The position numbers and the translations under genes are program-made. From sequence record SRR31156797_1024: a stretch of DNA of 39,461 nucleotides; one strand, 5' to 3'. A model generated the notes under the pieces. The model saw only the letters and a program-made list of their open reading frames with translations. It searched no databases and was not told where the DNA came from. Numbering within the stretch: position 1 is the first letter of the stretch; each line of letters begins with the position of its first letter. Below, piece by piece: positions 19,337-29,137 of the stretch.

Positions 19337-21163
19337 ATGGCAAATAGACCCGGCACCCCTTTCTCCCCTGAGACAATCTGCGGTATTTTAAAAAAACGCA
19401 ACCTCATTTCCCCCCTTCAGGAAAAAATGATCCTGACAAAAAGGCGCGAGGTTGAAAAAAAAATTGAACAGGTCAATCGTCGAAAAAAAGCCAGTGCGCT
19501 GCTGGATGAGAGGTTTTCCGACCATATATCCATTATCGATGTCATAGCATTTCTTAATCTGGATCGGGCCGACCAAGCGGAAAAAGTGCTGGATGAAGAG
19601 TTTATCTACCAGGTCCTGGCGGATGAATGGAAGGTTCCCTACAAAAAAATCGACCCCCTCAAGCTGGATTTGAACCTGGTCACCACCACCATTCCGCACA
19701 CCTTTGCCATGAAGCATCTGATCCTTCCCATCGGCATTGAAGACCGGCGCCTCCTCGTGGCTACGGCAAACCCGTTTTTAGGGGAAGCCCTGGAAGATGT
19801 GGCAAGGGTCAGTCATATGCCGGTCAGGCCGGTGCTGACCTCCAAAAGCGATATCATTCGTTTGATCAAGGAATTTTTCGGCTTCAAACGTTCCATATCG
19901 GCAGCTGAAACCCAGTTCACGCGCACCGGCGTGGACATCGGCAATCTGGAACAATATGTGCGCCTGGAAGAGACCTCGAATGATCCGGACGCCAATGTTC
20001 GGCATATCGTCAACGCCGTGGATCATATCCTCTCCTATGCCTTTGATCAGCGCGCAAGCGATATCCACATAGAACCCAAACGGGAAACGAGCCTTGTGAG
20101 GATGCGTATTGACGGGGTCCTCCACACGGCCTATAACCTTCCCAAACCTGTCCATGCCGCCATCGTGAGCCGCATCAAAAACCTGGCGCGTCTCGACATG
20201 AGCGAAAAAAGAAGGCCTCAGGACGGTCGAATCAAAACGGACAAAGCGGGCGTGGAGGTGGAAATCAGGGTGTCCACCATTCCCGTGGCATTCGGGGAAA
20301 AACTGGTCATGCGGATCATGGATCCGGATGTGCTGTTTCAAGACCTGAAATATCTGGGCTTCTCTTCAAGGGATATGGCCCTTTACCAAAAATTCATAGA
20401 GATGCCTCACGGTATGGTTCTGGTATGCGGTCCCACCGGCAGTGGGAAATCCACGACCCTTTATTCGACCCTTCGAAGGCTCTCCTCTCCTAAAGTCAAT
20501 TTAACCACCATTGAAGACCCCATTGAAATGATCCATGAGGAATTCAACCAGATCGGGGTTCAGCCGACGGTCGGGGTCACATTTGCTTCCATTTTGAGAA
20601 ATATCCTTCGGCAGGATCCGGATATCATTATGATCGGCGAAATGCGCGATCTGGAGACTGCGGAAAATGCCGTTCAGGCCGCCTTGACCGGCCATCTGGT
20701 ATTGTCCACCCTTCACACCAATGATGCCCCTTCCGCCGTCACGCGGCTTCTGGATCTGGGAATTCCCCCGTTCCTCATTGAAAGCACCTTGAACGGCGTA
20801 CTGGCCCAGCGTCTTGTCAGGAAAATCTGCCGCCATTGTCGGGAATCATTTGTCATGACGCGAAAGGAGTTGGCTCGAATGGGTCTGGATCCCGGAAAAG
20901 ATGGACAGTACAAGCTGTATCGGGGAAAAGGCTGCCTCAGGTGTCGCGGGACCGGCTACATGGGGCGGATCGGCATTTTTGAGGTATTTCCGTTGACCGA
21001 AGGGATCAGGACGTTAATAAGGGAAGAGGGGCGTCAGGATTCAATAAGAGCCGAAGCCCTTCGGCAAGGAATGATTCCCCTTCGCCAGAATGCCATAAGG
21101 GCAATACTGAAGGGAACAACCACACACCAGGAAGTGCTCAGGGTAACCTGGGAGCAAACCTGA
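19337..21163 (+). CDS. GspE/PulE/PilB-family assembly ATPase
   Basis: RASDIHIEP, RRPQDGRI, Walker A GPTGSGKSTT, TIEDPIE, LRQDPDIIMIGEMRD, His box TGHLVLSTLHTND and tetracysteine CRHC...CLRC. Start probably ATG 19337. Confidence 0.93.
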   Translation: MANRPGTPFSPETICGILKKRNLISPLQEKMILTKRREVEKKIEQVNRRKKASALLDERFSDHISIIDVIAFLNLDRADQAEKVLDEEFIYQVLADEWKVPYKKIDPLKLDLNLVTTTIPHTFAMKHLILPIGIEDRRLLVATANPFLGEALEDVARVSHMPVRPVLTSKSDIIRLIKEFFGFKRSISAAETQFTRTGVDIGNLEQYVRLEETSNDPDANVRHIVNAVDHILSYAFDQRASDIHIEPKRETSLVRMRIDGVLHTAYNLPKPVHAAIVSRIKNLARLDMSEKRRPQDGRIKTDKAGVEVEIRVSTIPVAFGEKLVMRIMDPDVLFQDLKYLGFSSRDMALYQKFIEMPHGMVLVCGPTGSGKSTTLYSTLRRLSSPKVNLTTIEDPIEMIHEEFNQIGVQPTVGVTFASILRNILRQDPDIIMIGEMRDLETAENAVQAALTGHLVLSTLHTNDAPSAVTRLLDLGIPPFLIESTLNGVLAQRLVRKICRHCRESFVMTRKELARMGLDPGKDGQYKLYRGKGCLRCRGTGYMGRIGIFEVFPLTEGIRTLIREEGRQDSIRAEALRQGMIPLRQNAIRAILKGTTTHQEVLRVTWEQT

Positions 21164-21320
21164 GCAATCTTACGGGCCTTTTCATCGCGTGAATGAATGC
21201 ATATGTTTCCTTTTACAAATGAATTTCAATTTGCTAAACACAATATGTAGTAAGCTTTCGTTGCTGGTGTCCCCATATGCATTCAAATTTCCCACAATTC
21301 AATTGCTTTATCATAAATCC

Positions 21321-21349
21321 TTGACAACAGTTGGTTTTTATTAGATAAT
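21321..21349 (+). promoter_or_regulatory. Sigma-70-type promoter for the pilMNOP-pilQ operon
   Basis: TTGACA-N17-GATAAT, 35 bp upstream of pilM. Confidence 0.65.
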
Positions 21350-21384
21350 TCATCTTCTTCAAAAGAGCATGCGGAATACTGTTT

Positions 21385-22467
21385 ATGGCCTTAAAGAAAA
21401 AAAATCAGCTGGTAGGCGTTGATATCGGTTCCCACTCCATCAAGGTGGTTGAAATTGATCAGAACAAACGGGGCCGATTTCTAAAGAATTTCGGTTCGAT
21501 CGAGCTGGCGCGGAACGCCATTCGGGAAGGGGACATTGTTGAACAGGAGATGGTGGCCGAGGCCCTCAAAAAGCTCTTCAAGAACCTGAAAATCAGAAAC
21601 AGAAATGTTGCCGTTGCGCTGTCCGGATACCCGGTCATGGCCAAGCGGATTTCACTGCCCAACACTGACAGGGCGGGAATCGAAAACACCATACATGATC
21701 ATGCTGAACAATACATTCCCTTTGACATAAACGATGTGAATCTTGATTTTGATATCCTGGAAAATTTGGAGGATCTTTCAGAAAAGGAACATCCTGATGA
21801 AGCGGATAAAGCCCTTGAAATTATGCTGGTTGCCGCCAAAAAAGACGTCATTGATGCTTATTTGAACCTGCTGGCGGCTGCGGATTTGCATCCGGGCGTA
21901 TTGGATGTGGACGTGTTTGCCCTTCAAAATGCGGTTGAAATGAGCATCGGCGACGAAAAAGAAGGTTATGCCATCGTCAATGTGGGGGCCGAGGAACTCG
22001 GCATCAACACCGTGTTCAATGGCTTGTCTCTCTTTTCACGGGATTCCTCATTCGGGGGTGCACAGATTACGGATCTCATTATGAGCCATTTAGGTGTTGA
22101 TTTTAAAGCGGCCGAAGAGATCAAGCTGGGCGCAAAACAGGACAAACCGTGGGATGAAGACTTCTCGGCCACTGTTTCCGGCGTGGTTTCCGACTGGGTT
22201 CAGGAAATCAAGCGGGCCCTGGATTTTGTGGATACCACGTACTCGGACAAAACCATCGGAAAGATTTTTATATGTGGTGGGTCCTGCCGAATGAGAGGAT
22301 TTCAGAGCTATCTGGAAGATTACACCAGCCTGCCGGTGGAGGAATTGAATCCTTTTTCAAACCTTATTGTGAACCGGGATCTTTTTGATGAACAATACCT
22401 GAATTATATGGCACCTCAAGCTTGTGTGGCCATGGGTCTTGCCCTGAGGAGTATTGACGATAAATGA
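21385..22467 (+). CDS. pilM: Type IV pilus alignment protein PilM
   Basis: VGVDIGSHSIKVVE, AEQYIPFDINDVNLDF, MLVAAKKD, FGGAQIT, IFICGG, VAMGLALR. Confidence 0.95.
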   Translation: MALKKKNQLVGVDIGSHSIKVVEIDQNKRGRFLKNFGSIELARNAIREGDIVEQEMVAEALKKLFKNLKIRNRNVAVALSGYPVMAKRISLPNTDRAGIENTIHDHAEQYIPFDINDVNLDFDILENLEDLSEKEHPDEADKALEIMLVAAKKDVIDAYLNLLAAADLHPGVLDVDVFALQNAVEMSIGDEKEGYAIVNVGAEELGINTVFNGLSLFSRDSSFGGAQITDLIMSHLGVDFKAAEEIKLGAKQDKPWDEDFSATVSGVVSDWVQEIKRALDFVDTTYSDKTIGKIFICGGSCRMRGFQSYLEDYTSLPVEELNPFSNLIVNRDLFDEQYLNYMAPQACVAMGLALRSIDDK

Positions 22468-23060
22468 TAAAAATCAATCTCCTCCCTTTCAGAAAGGCGC
22501 GCAGAAGAGAAAACGTCAGACGTCAGGTCAACGTTTATTTTTTGTGTCTGATATTTCTTTTTTCACTGATGTTCTATTTTCACTTTGACCTGAATTTCCA
22601 GTTGGAGAAACTGGAGACCCGGAAAAAGAGTCTTCAAAATGAATTGAAGACCTATGGGCGTATTACCAGAGAAATTGCGAAACTCAAAAAAGATACCGAG
22701 ATACTCACGGCTAAACTGGCAGTCATCAGAGATCTCGAAAAGCAGCAGGTGGGGCCGGTTCAACTTCTGGCCGAAGTTGCCCGGGCAGCGCCGTTGGATC
22801 GTTTATGGTTGGAGAGTCTGTCGGAATCCCGGGGTGTGATGACATTGCAGGGAACAGCCATGGACAATGATACCGTGGCGCTTTTCATGACCGAACTGGA
22901 AAAGGCCCGCCAGATTCTTTCCGTGGATCTGGATAAGACCACTCTGAGATTCTTTCCGGAGCATAAACTCAGGGCCGCCGGTTTTGTGTTGACGTGCCGC
23001 ACCGCTTTCGGGGCACCCCAACCCGAAAAGGAAAAACCCCGGAAGAAAAAAAGACGGTGA
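22464..23060 (+). CDS. pilN: PilN
   Basis: MIKINLLPFR N-terminal motif, TM helix, coiled coil, LWLESL, LQGTA. Confidence 0.93.
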   Translation: MIKINLLPFRKARRRENVRRQVNVYFLCLIFLFSLMFYFHFDLNFQLEKLETRKKSLQNELKTYGRITREIAKLKKDTEILTAKLAVIRDLEKQQVGPVQLLAEVARAAPLDRLWLESLSESRGVMTLQGTAMDNDTVALFMTELEKARQILSVDLDKTTLRFFPEHKLRAAGFVLTCRTAFGAPQPEKEKPRKKKRR

Positions 23061-23066
23061 AACCAG

Positions 23067-23702
23067 ATGCCCCTTAAGAAGTTACCAAACTGGCTATCTC
23101 TCACGGAGATTATTTTCGAGAAAGCCGGAAAGATCGGAAGGAAGCAACGTCTTCTGATTTCTTTCGGGACGATTATTTTATTCGGTGGCGCTTTTTATGC
23201 ATTGGATTATATGCCTAAAACCGAGGAGATCGTCAATGCGAGAGAGAATGTGAAAAGCCTTGAACAACGGTTGAAGATCGTCAAAATTCGCGCCAGAAAC
23301 CTGCAGAAATTCAGAGAAGAGAACGCGAGGGTAAGAAAAGAATTTCAGGAAGCACTCAAGCTGCTGCCGGACAAACGTGAGATCCCCGATCTACTTCGGG
23401 ACATTTCAAAAATGGGGACCGATTCCAATCTGGAATTTCGCCTCTTCAGCCCTCAACCGGAAAACGCCAAGGATTTCTACATGGAGATTCCCGTGGCGCT
23501 TGAAGTAAAAGGCGATTACCGAAATGTTACCCTTTTCTTTGATCAGATCGGGCGCATGGATCGAATTGTAAACATCCTCAATATCTCCATGAGTCCGGAT
23601 AAACCTCTCTCCACCAGTTTGATTACCAAATGTACCGCCATTACATATAGATTCAAAGGCAAGGAAGATGTGGAAAAAGAGGCTCGGAAAAAGAAAAAAT
23701 AG
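23067..23702 (+). CDS. pilO: PilO
   Basis: TM helix, coiled coil, LPDKREIPDLL, FYMEIPVALEVKGDY, RIVNI. Confidence 0.93.
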   Translation: MPLKKLPNWLSLTEIIFEKAGKIGRKQRLLISFGTIILFGGAFYALDYMPKTEEIVNARENVKSLEQRLKIVKIRARNLQKFREENARVRKEFQEALKLLPDKREIPDLLRDISKMGTDSNLEFRLFSPQPENAKDFYMEIPVALEVKGDYRNVTLFFDQIGRMDRIVNILNISMSPDKPLSTSLITKCTAITYRFKGKEDVEKEARKKKK

Positions 23703-24294
23703 TCGGCGCGGACTTTTTTTGTTGCAAGGGATCTTCTGGATTTTTTGCTTTACGGCATTTCTCTGTGGGGAGGCGGCCGGCATTGCAAGCGTGGTGTACA
23801 AACCCATGCGGCCTCCCGGGGATCTTGGCAGTTTTAAGGATGAAGTGATGCCGCCGGTGGATCTCAAAAACCTGCCCGATCCCTTCCTGTCATATCTGGT
23901 AAAAAAGGTAATGCAGGATTCCGCACTTCTGGAACGGGAAAAACTGAAGCGTCAGAAAGAGGAAGAAAAACTGGCAAAAATGAAAGCTGCTGCCGCTGAA
24001 AAACTTCGCCGCCTTCGGGAGCCCAGGACCGAACTTCAAAAACTGAACCTGCACCAGCTTTTATTGACCGCCATTGTCGAATCTCCCAAAGGCGAATGGG
24101 CCATGGTGAGAGATGAAAAGGGCATGGGTTACGTTCTGAAAAAGGGGACCGCCATCGGTACCATGGGCGGGCGGGTCGCCAAAATCTCCGGTAGACGGAA
24201 GAAGGTTATCATCAAGGAACCTTATCTGGAGAAGGAAATCCATATCAAATATAAGACGGTTGTCATCGATTTGCCGGACGAGGTGTTTGAATAA
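23668..24294 (+). CDS. pilP: PilP
   Basis: DPF motif; LLLTAIV...AMVRDEKGMGYVLKKGTAIGTMGGRV; follows pilO. Confidence 0.85.
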   Translation: MWKKRLGKRKNSRRGLFLLQGIFWIFCFTAFLCGEAAGIASVVYKPMRPPGDLGSFKDEVMPPVDLKNLPDPFLSYLVKKVMQDSALLEREKLKRQKEEEKLAKMKAAAAEKLRRLREPRTELQKLNLHQLLLTAIVESPKGEWAMVRDEKGMGYVLKKGTAIGTMGGRVAKISGRRKKVIIKEPYLEKEIHIKYKTVVIDLPDEVFE

Positions 24295-24311
24295 AATATG
24301 GAGAGTAGCGA

Positions 24312-25622
24312 ATGAAAAGGCTCACCCAATGGATGATCTTCCTGTTGCTGATGGGATGTGTTTTCTCAAATGTGGCGACCGCCGAGGAAAACAATCTGCC
24401 CTCCCTCAATGCGGGCATCGACCAGCTGGTGTTTCAACTGACCAGCCGGATCGCGGATCAGTATTTTGATGCGGAAAAACGGCCTGTGATCCGGGTGGCG
24501 GTTTTTGACTTCACGGACCCCCAAGGCAACATCACGGCGGGTTCCCGGTATGTTTCAACGCGGATCCGGCTCGCCTTTGCCGAGGGGTTGCAGTTTGAAC
24601 TCCTGACGCCGGTGAATTTTGAAAAACAGGGGCTTGTGGTCACCGCTAAAGCGTTTTCTGAAAACAGGGATGTGCGGGAGCGTTTACTGGACCTGCTTAA
24701 GGCGGATACATACATTTTCGGGAGCGTTGCGGTTGAGGGCAATTCAAACGCAGCCTGTGAAATCAACATCTGGGGAATGGTCCCGCCTTTCGATCAATGG
24801 TACCGGATCAAACCCATTCCATTTGAAAACCCAACACCCTGGAAGCTTGCTTTTTCCCCTTCCGGATTTCAATTTTTTAAACATGAGGTGTTGGAGGGGG
24901 CCGAAGGGATCATACGGGAAATTAAACGGGAAAACCTGGGGAAAGTGCTTTTTCTCTCTCAGCCCATCTGCGATGACCTGAGCCTTTCCTGGCAGATCCG
25001 GTCGGACGGCATGGTTTACGACATGCGGAAAGAGAGCAGAATCGGTTCCTTGCGCAACCGCACCGGACAGGTGCTTCAAAGCCGCGTAAAGAGCGACGAA
25101 ACATTAAAGGAACTCAGCTATATCATTAATGATGCCACCCTTGTGGTCAAAGAACAGGGCGGCATTGCGTATCAATTCGAACCTTACGTCCTTCCCGAAG
25201 AGAGTGATTACTTCTTTATCCCTTTCAGTGGCGATGAGACGGGATTGAGGTTTCAATATATCTGGGGCAAACCGGGCCTCAGCAAAAGGGTATCCACCCT
25301 TGAAACCGGAAAAGGCTGGAAACTCCATCTGGCCCTGGAGGACTATGAGAATATCATGCCGTTGGGCACCCATGTTGCCACGGCTACCCTTTCCCCCATG
25401 GCGGAGAGCCAGTACGGAAGCAAAAGACCCCGATCGGATTATGTCACCCGTTTTAAATTTTCCGTCCGTCCGGGGTTGAATGTTTATGCCGTCAACTATG
25501 TATACCGAAGGGACAGACCGGAAATCTTTATCCGCCGCCTTGAAATTGAAGCCATCAAGGACGTACCCATCAGATCCATCAAGAAAATTACAGAGGTTTA
25601 CAGGGTTTATGGAAGCGAATGA
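24312..25622 (+). CDS. Secreted hypothetical protein with an N-terminal FlgO/CsgG/TolB_N-like alpha/beta domain
   Basis: Signal peptide; GIDQLVFQL...IRVAVFDFTD...SRYVSTRI...ADTYIFGSV pattern; unrecognised beta-rich C-terminal half. Confidence 0.6.
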   Translation: MKRLTQWMIFLLLMGCVFSNVATAEENNLPSLNAGIDQLVFQLTSRIADQYFDAEKRPVIRVAVFDFTDPQGNITAGSRYVSTRIRLAFAEGLQFELLTPVNFEKQGLVVTAKAFSENRDVRERLLDLLKADTYIFGSVAVEGNSNAACEINIWGMVPPFDQWYRIKPIPFENPTPWKLAFSPSGFQFFKHEVLEGAEGIIREIKRENLGKVLFLSQPICDDLSLSWQIRSDGMVYDMRKESRIGSLRNRTGQVLQSRVKSDETLKELSYIINDATLVVKEQGGIAYQFEPYVLPEESDYFFIPFSGDETGLRFQYIWGKPGLSKRVSTLETGKGWKLHLALEDYENIMPLGTHVATATLSPMAESQYGSKRPRSDYVTRFKFSVRPGLNVYAVNYVYRRDRPEIFIRRLEIEAIKDVPIRSIKKITEVYRVYGSE

Positions 25623-25705
25623 TGTGACACATGAAAAAATTCACCGTTTAGAACCCGCTCTCAGCCGGATTACCGCTTCGTTAACGATGGGAGGAGGAGA
25701 GATTG

Positions 25706-28105
25706 ATGCATTTGCATAGGAACGGGACTTTTCGGGGCCGGTTCGGTTTGTGGCTTTTCCTTCTGGGGCTTCTGGCGTTCGGCTGCTCAACCCCTTCCGA
25801 GACCCGGATGGAAGACCACAGGGGAGAGAAAGCCGTCCTTTTAAGTATTGAGTCCCTTGTGACACCCGAGAAAACCACCATTGTCATGTTGGCCCCCGGG
25901 GTCCGGACCGACCGAAAAACCTACACCCTCTCGGATCCTCCCCGCATCTGCGTGGACCTTGAGGCGACACCGGCCGATGATTTGCCCGAAACCGTCCGAC
26001 TGCCGGAAGGGCCCGTGGAAAAATGGCTCGTTCAAAAGCGGGGCCCCGGCCACACGGGGGTGGTCGTATACGTCAGGCCGGAAGAATACAAATATCGCTT
26101 TACCCGGGAAGGGGATAAAGTGCTTTTGTCCGTGACCCCGGTGGGAGAGGAAAAATTCCCGGCCTCAAAAGTCGTTCAAACCCGGCCCGGGGAGGCAGCC
26201 GGGCCGAAAATACTTGAACTGGCCGTTCTGGAACGTCCCGACAGCGGCACGCGACTCCGCATTGAAACGGATCAGCCGGTGGAAAGCGCCGTGACCATCG
26301 AGGGAAATGTGCTCTCCATTGGTCTCAAGGATGTGGTTGCAACGCCCCGTGGACTCAAAGCCCTGGAGACAAACCCCTCAGGGGGTGCCATCCGGGGAAT
26401 CCGGGCCTATTACGCACCCCGGGACCGCAGCGTGCTCCTGAAGATGTCCCTGCGGGCCCTCACACCGTACCACGTCAGCCGCGACGGAAACCTGCTGATG
26501 GTGGATTTTGATCCACTCCCCGCCAGGTTTTCACAACCCGTTCCCCAGCCCGACGCACAGGCGCACAACCGTCCGCCCGCCGACACAACAACGGTTGCAC
26601 CGCTTCAAACGCGACCCGCCGCGGCTTCCGGCCGTCACGATATGGCAAAAGCGTCCAAACAGGAGGAAACGAAAGCGTCCAAACAGGAGGAAACCAGGGC
26701 CGAACTCTTTGAGAGCAGCAGCAAGAGTTATGCGGGCCAGAAAATGAGCTTTGACTTTGTGGACACGGATATTCGCAATATCCTCAAACTTCTGGCGGAA
26801 GTGGCCAACCTCAACATTGTCTGGGGTAGCGACGTGGAGGGCAAAATCTCCATGCGGCTGGACAATGTGGCCTGGGACCAGGCCCTGGAGATGGTTCTCA
26901 AACCCAACGGATTGACCTACCAGATTGAAGACGAAGTGCTATGGGTGGTGCCCCGCTCCAAACTGGTGGACATGGAAATCGCCGAAAAAAAACGGAAAGG
27001 TGCCCTCATGGCCGCCAAACGGCTTCAGGGGGTTTTTGAAGCCAAGGTTGTGGAATTTATTATTGTCCGTCACCGGCCCGTAGCGGATCTTTTTAAGATG
27101 CTCGTGGGTGATGTCACTGCGACCCCACCGGTTCCGGGTATCCTGGATATTGAGGGCGCCGAATCCGAAGAAGAGGAGGAAGGGGAAGAGAAAAAGGGGA
27201 AGAAGGTCAAAATCGCCACCATGGACCTGTACCTGTCATACGACTCCGGCACCAACATGATCGTCGCCAACGGTGTGCGGGCCAAGGTGGACAAGGTCAA
27301 GGAACTGGTTAGAAAACTGGATGTGCCGGAAAAACAGGTACTCATCGAAGCCAGGATCGTGGAGGCCACCACCGGTTTTACCCGTGATCTGGGTATCGAA
27401 TGGCAATCGTTGGACGGCAACCGTCCGGGTATCCGGCGTAAATGGTTCAATTCCGACGGTACCACGCGATTCGACGGCAGTTTTTCCACCAACGCCCCGG
27501 CAAGTTGGGCCCCCAATATCGGCTTGGCATTCGGCTGGCTCACCGACGGCGGCTTGGGTTCCCTGGCCCTGGACGCCTCCCTGGCCCTGGCCCAGGAAGA
27601 TCAAAAAATCAATATCATCTCGGCGCCCAAGGTCATGACCAAAAACGGTGGGGAGGCCTATATTTCACGGGGTGACGTGGATTACTATTCGGTCAGGACC
27701 CTGGATACCATCAGTTTCGAACAGATCCCCGCGGTACTCTCCCTGAAAGTCACGCCCACGGTGAGTGCGGACAACTCCCACGTGACCATGGTGGTGGAGG
27801 TGACGGACGACAAAACCAAAACGGCGAAACAGTCGGAAACCGAGGAAGGGCAGCAGGAGTCCCCACCGGGAAGGACCGAAAAGAAAATTACGAGCACCCT
27901 GATCGTCAGGACCGGAGATACGGTGGTGATCGGGGGGATTTATCAGGAAGAGGAGCGGACCGGAGATTCCGGAATCCCTTTTCTCAAGGACATCCCCCTT
28001 CTGGGTTGGCTCTTCAAGGCTGAACGTAAAGAACAGGGTAAAGTGGAGTTGTTGATCTTCCTGACCCCCACCGTTGTCAACAGCGTTATTGAAAATATGT
28101 CTTGA
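25706..28105 (+). CDS. pilQ: Type IV pilus secretin PilQ with N-terminal AMIN-like domains
   Basis: LSDPPRICVDL (AMIN); YAGQKMSFDFVDTDIRNIL; LDVPEKQVLIEARIVEA; GIPFLKDIPLLGWLFK; ELLIFLTP. Strong GGAGGAGG RBS; possible lipobox LLAFGC. Confidence 0.95.
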   Translation: MHLHRNGTFRGRFGLWLFLLGLLAFGCSTPSETRMEDHRGEKAVLLSIESLVTPEKTTIVMLAPGVRTDRKTYTLSDPPRICVDLEATPADDLPETVRLPEGPVEKWLVQKRGPGHTGVVVYVRPEEYKYRFTREGDKVLLSVTPVGEEKFPASKVVQTRPGEAAGPKILELAVLERPDSGTRLRIETDQPVESAVTIEGNVLSIGLKDVVATPRGLKALETNPSGGAIRGIRAYYAPRDRSVLLKMSLRALTPYHVSRDGNLLMVDFDPLPARFSQPVPQPDAQAHNRPPADTTTVAPLQTRPAAASGRHDMAKASKQEETKASKQEETRAELFESSSKSYAGQKMSFDFVDTDIRNILKLLAEVANLNIVWGSDVEGKISMRLDNVAWDQALEMVLKPNGLTYQIEDEVLWVVPRSKLVDMEIAEKKRKGALMAAKRLQGVFEAKVVEFIIVRHRPVADLFKMLVGDVTATPPVPGILDIEGAESEEEEEGEEKKGKKVKIATMDLYLSYDSGTNMIVANGVRAKVDKVKELVRKLDVPEKQVLIEARIVEATTGFTRDLGIEWQSLDGNRPGIRRKWFNSDGTTRFDGSFSTNAPASWAPNIGLAFGWLTDGGLGSLALDASLALAQEDQKINIISAPKVMTKNGGEAYISRGDVDYYSVRTLDTISFEQIPAVLSLKVTPTVSADNSHVTMVVEVTDDKTKTAKQSETEEGQQESPPGRTEKKITSTLIVRTGDTVVIGGIYQEEERTGDSGIPFLKDIPLLGWLFKAERKEQGKVELLIFLTPTVVNSVIENMS
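26648..26694 (+). repeat. 24-bp tandem duplication in the pilQ linker (KASKQEET x2)
   Basis: AAAGCGTCCAAACAGGAGGAAAC at 26648-26670 and 26672-26694. Confidence 0.95.
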
Positions 28106-28124
28106 TGGGAGATGGGTTTAAAAT

Positions 28125-28907
28125 ATGTTGATGGCTTTTGTGAAAAACCGGTCCTTGTATCTGCTGGTATCCTTTTCGGTTGTCGGGTGGCTTTTGTTTC
28201 TGTTCGGCTGCGGCGTGGATCGTGCGGCTCAGAAGAAAAAAGCGGCAAGCCTGACGAATCTGGGAAACGCCATGGCCGCCGAGGGGAATGCCCGCGGGGG
28301 ATTGCAGAAACTTCTGGAAGCGGCCAGGCTGGATCCGAAAAATGAGAAGATTTATCAGCAGATCGCCTTGATGTTTCGAAGTCTTGGGGATTATCAGCTT
28401 TCTCTTAAATATTTCCGTAAGGCCCTGGCGTTGAAGCCCCGATTCCCGGAAGCCACCAACAACATGGGTACGGTTTACCTGCTCATGGGGGACTGGAACA
28501 GGGCCATTCATTGTTTCAAGGAAGCGGCGGCGGATATCAAATATGAAACGCCCCACTTCGCTTACAACAACATAGGGTTGGCTTATTTCAAAATGGGAGA
28601 CTACCGGAAGGCCATTGAGAATTACGAGCATGCCCTCCGCCTGTCGCGATCCTATGCGGTTTCCTATATCAACCTGGCAAAGGTTTATGAGGCCAAAGGG
28701 GATATGAAACAGGCCGAGATGAATTACCGGGAGGCCATTGTGTACCGGCCCAAGGATCCGGCGGGTCACATGGGACTGGCAAAGCTGTTCATTAAGCTAG
28801 GGAGAAACAAAGATGCCATGGATTCGCTGATAAAGGTCATCAAGGAAGATCCGAGAGGCCTGGAAGGTCGGGAGGCCAGGAAACTGCTGGCAACCCTTCA
28901 GAATTGA
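28125..28907 (+). CDS. TPR lipoprotein, PilF/Tgl-like secretin pilotin
   Basis: Lipobox-like FLFGC; TPRs including EATNNMGTVY and YETPHFAYNNIGLAY; directly after pilQ. Confidence 0.85.
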   Translation: MLMAFVKNRSLYLLVSFSVVGWLLFLFGCGVDRAAQKKKAASLTNLGNAMAAEGNARGGLQKLLEAARLDPKNEKIYQQIALMFRSLGDYQLSLKYFRKALALKPRFPEATNNMGTVYLLMGDWNRAIHCFKEAAADIKYETPHFAYNNIGLAYFKMGDYRKAIENYEHALRLSRSYAVSYINLAKVYEAKGDMKQAEMNYREAIVYRPKDPAGHMGLAKLFIKLGRNKDAMDSLIKVIKEDPRGLEGREARKLLATLQN

Positions 28908-29137
28908 GATTAAAAAAGGTTTCACCTTCAAAGAAAAAAAGTGACTTTTTGGGTTTCTGCGGTGTTTATAAGCGTTAAGGGTTTACGGTGGCCGGTTTTA
29001 CCGGAATTTCGTACACCTGTGCTGGCACAAGTGTGTTTTAGCGCCTTTGCGTGAAGATTTAGAAAATTGATTCCAGTGTGCGGGATTGCATTTCCATTTT
29101 GCAGTCACCAATCAAAAAAAATTGGCGGGGGAGAAAC

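Noticed and set aside
29023-29038. TGGCAC upstream of the first Ig gene as a sigma-54 promoter
   Set aside because: There is no TTGC at the required -12 spacing.
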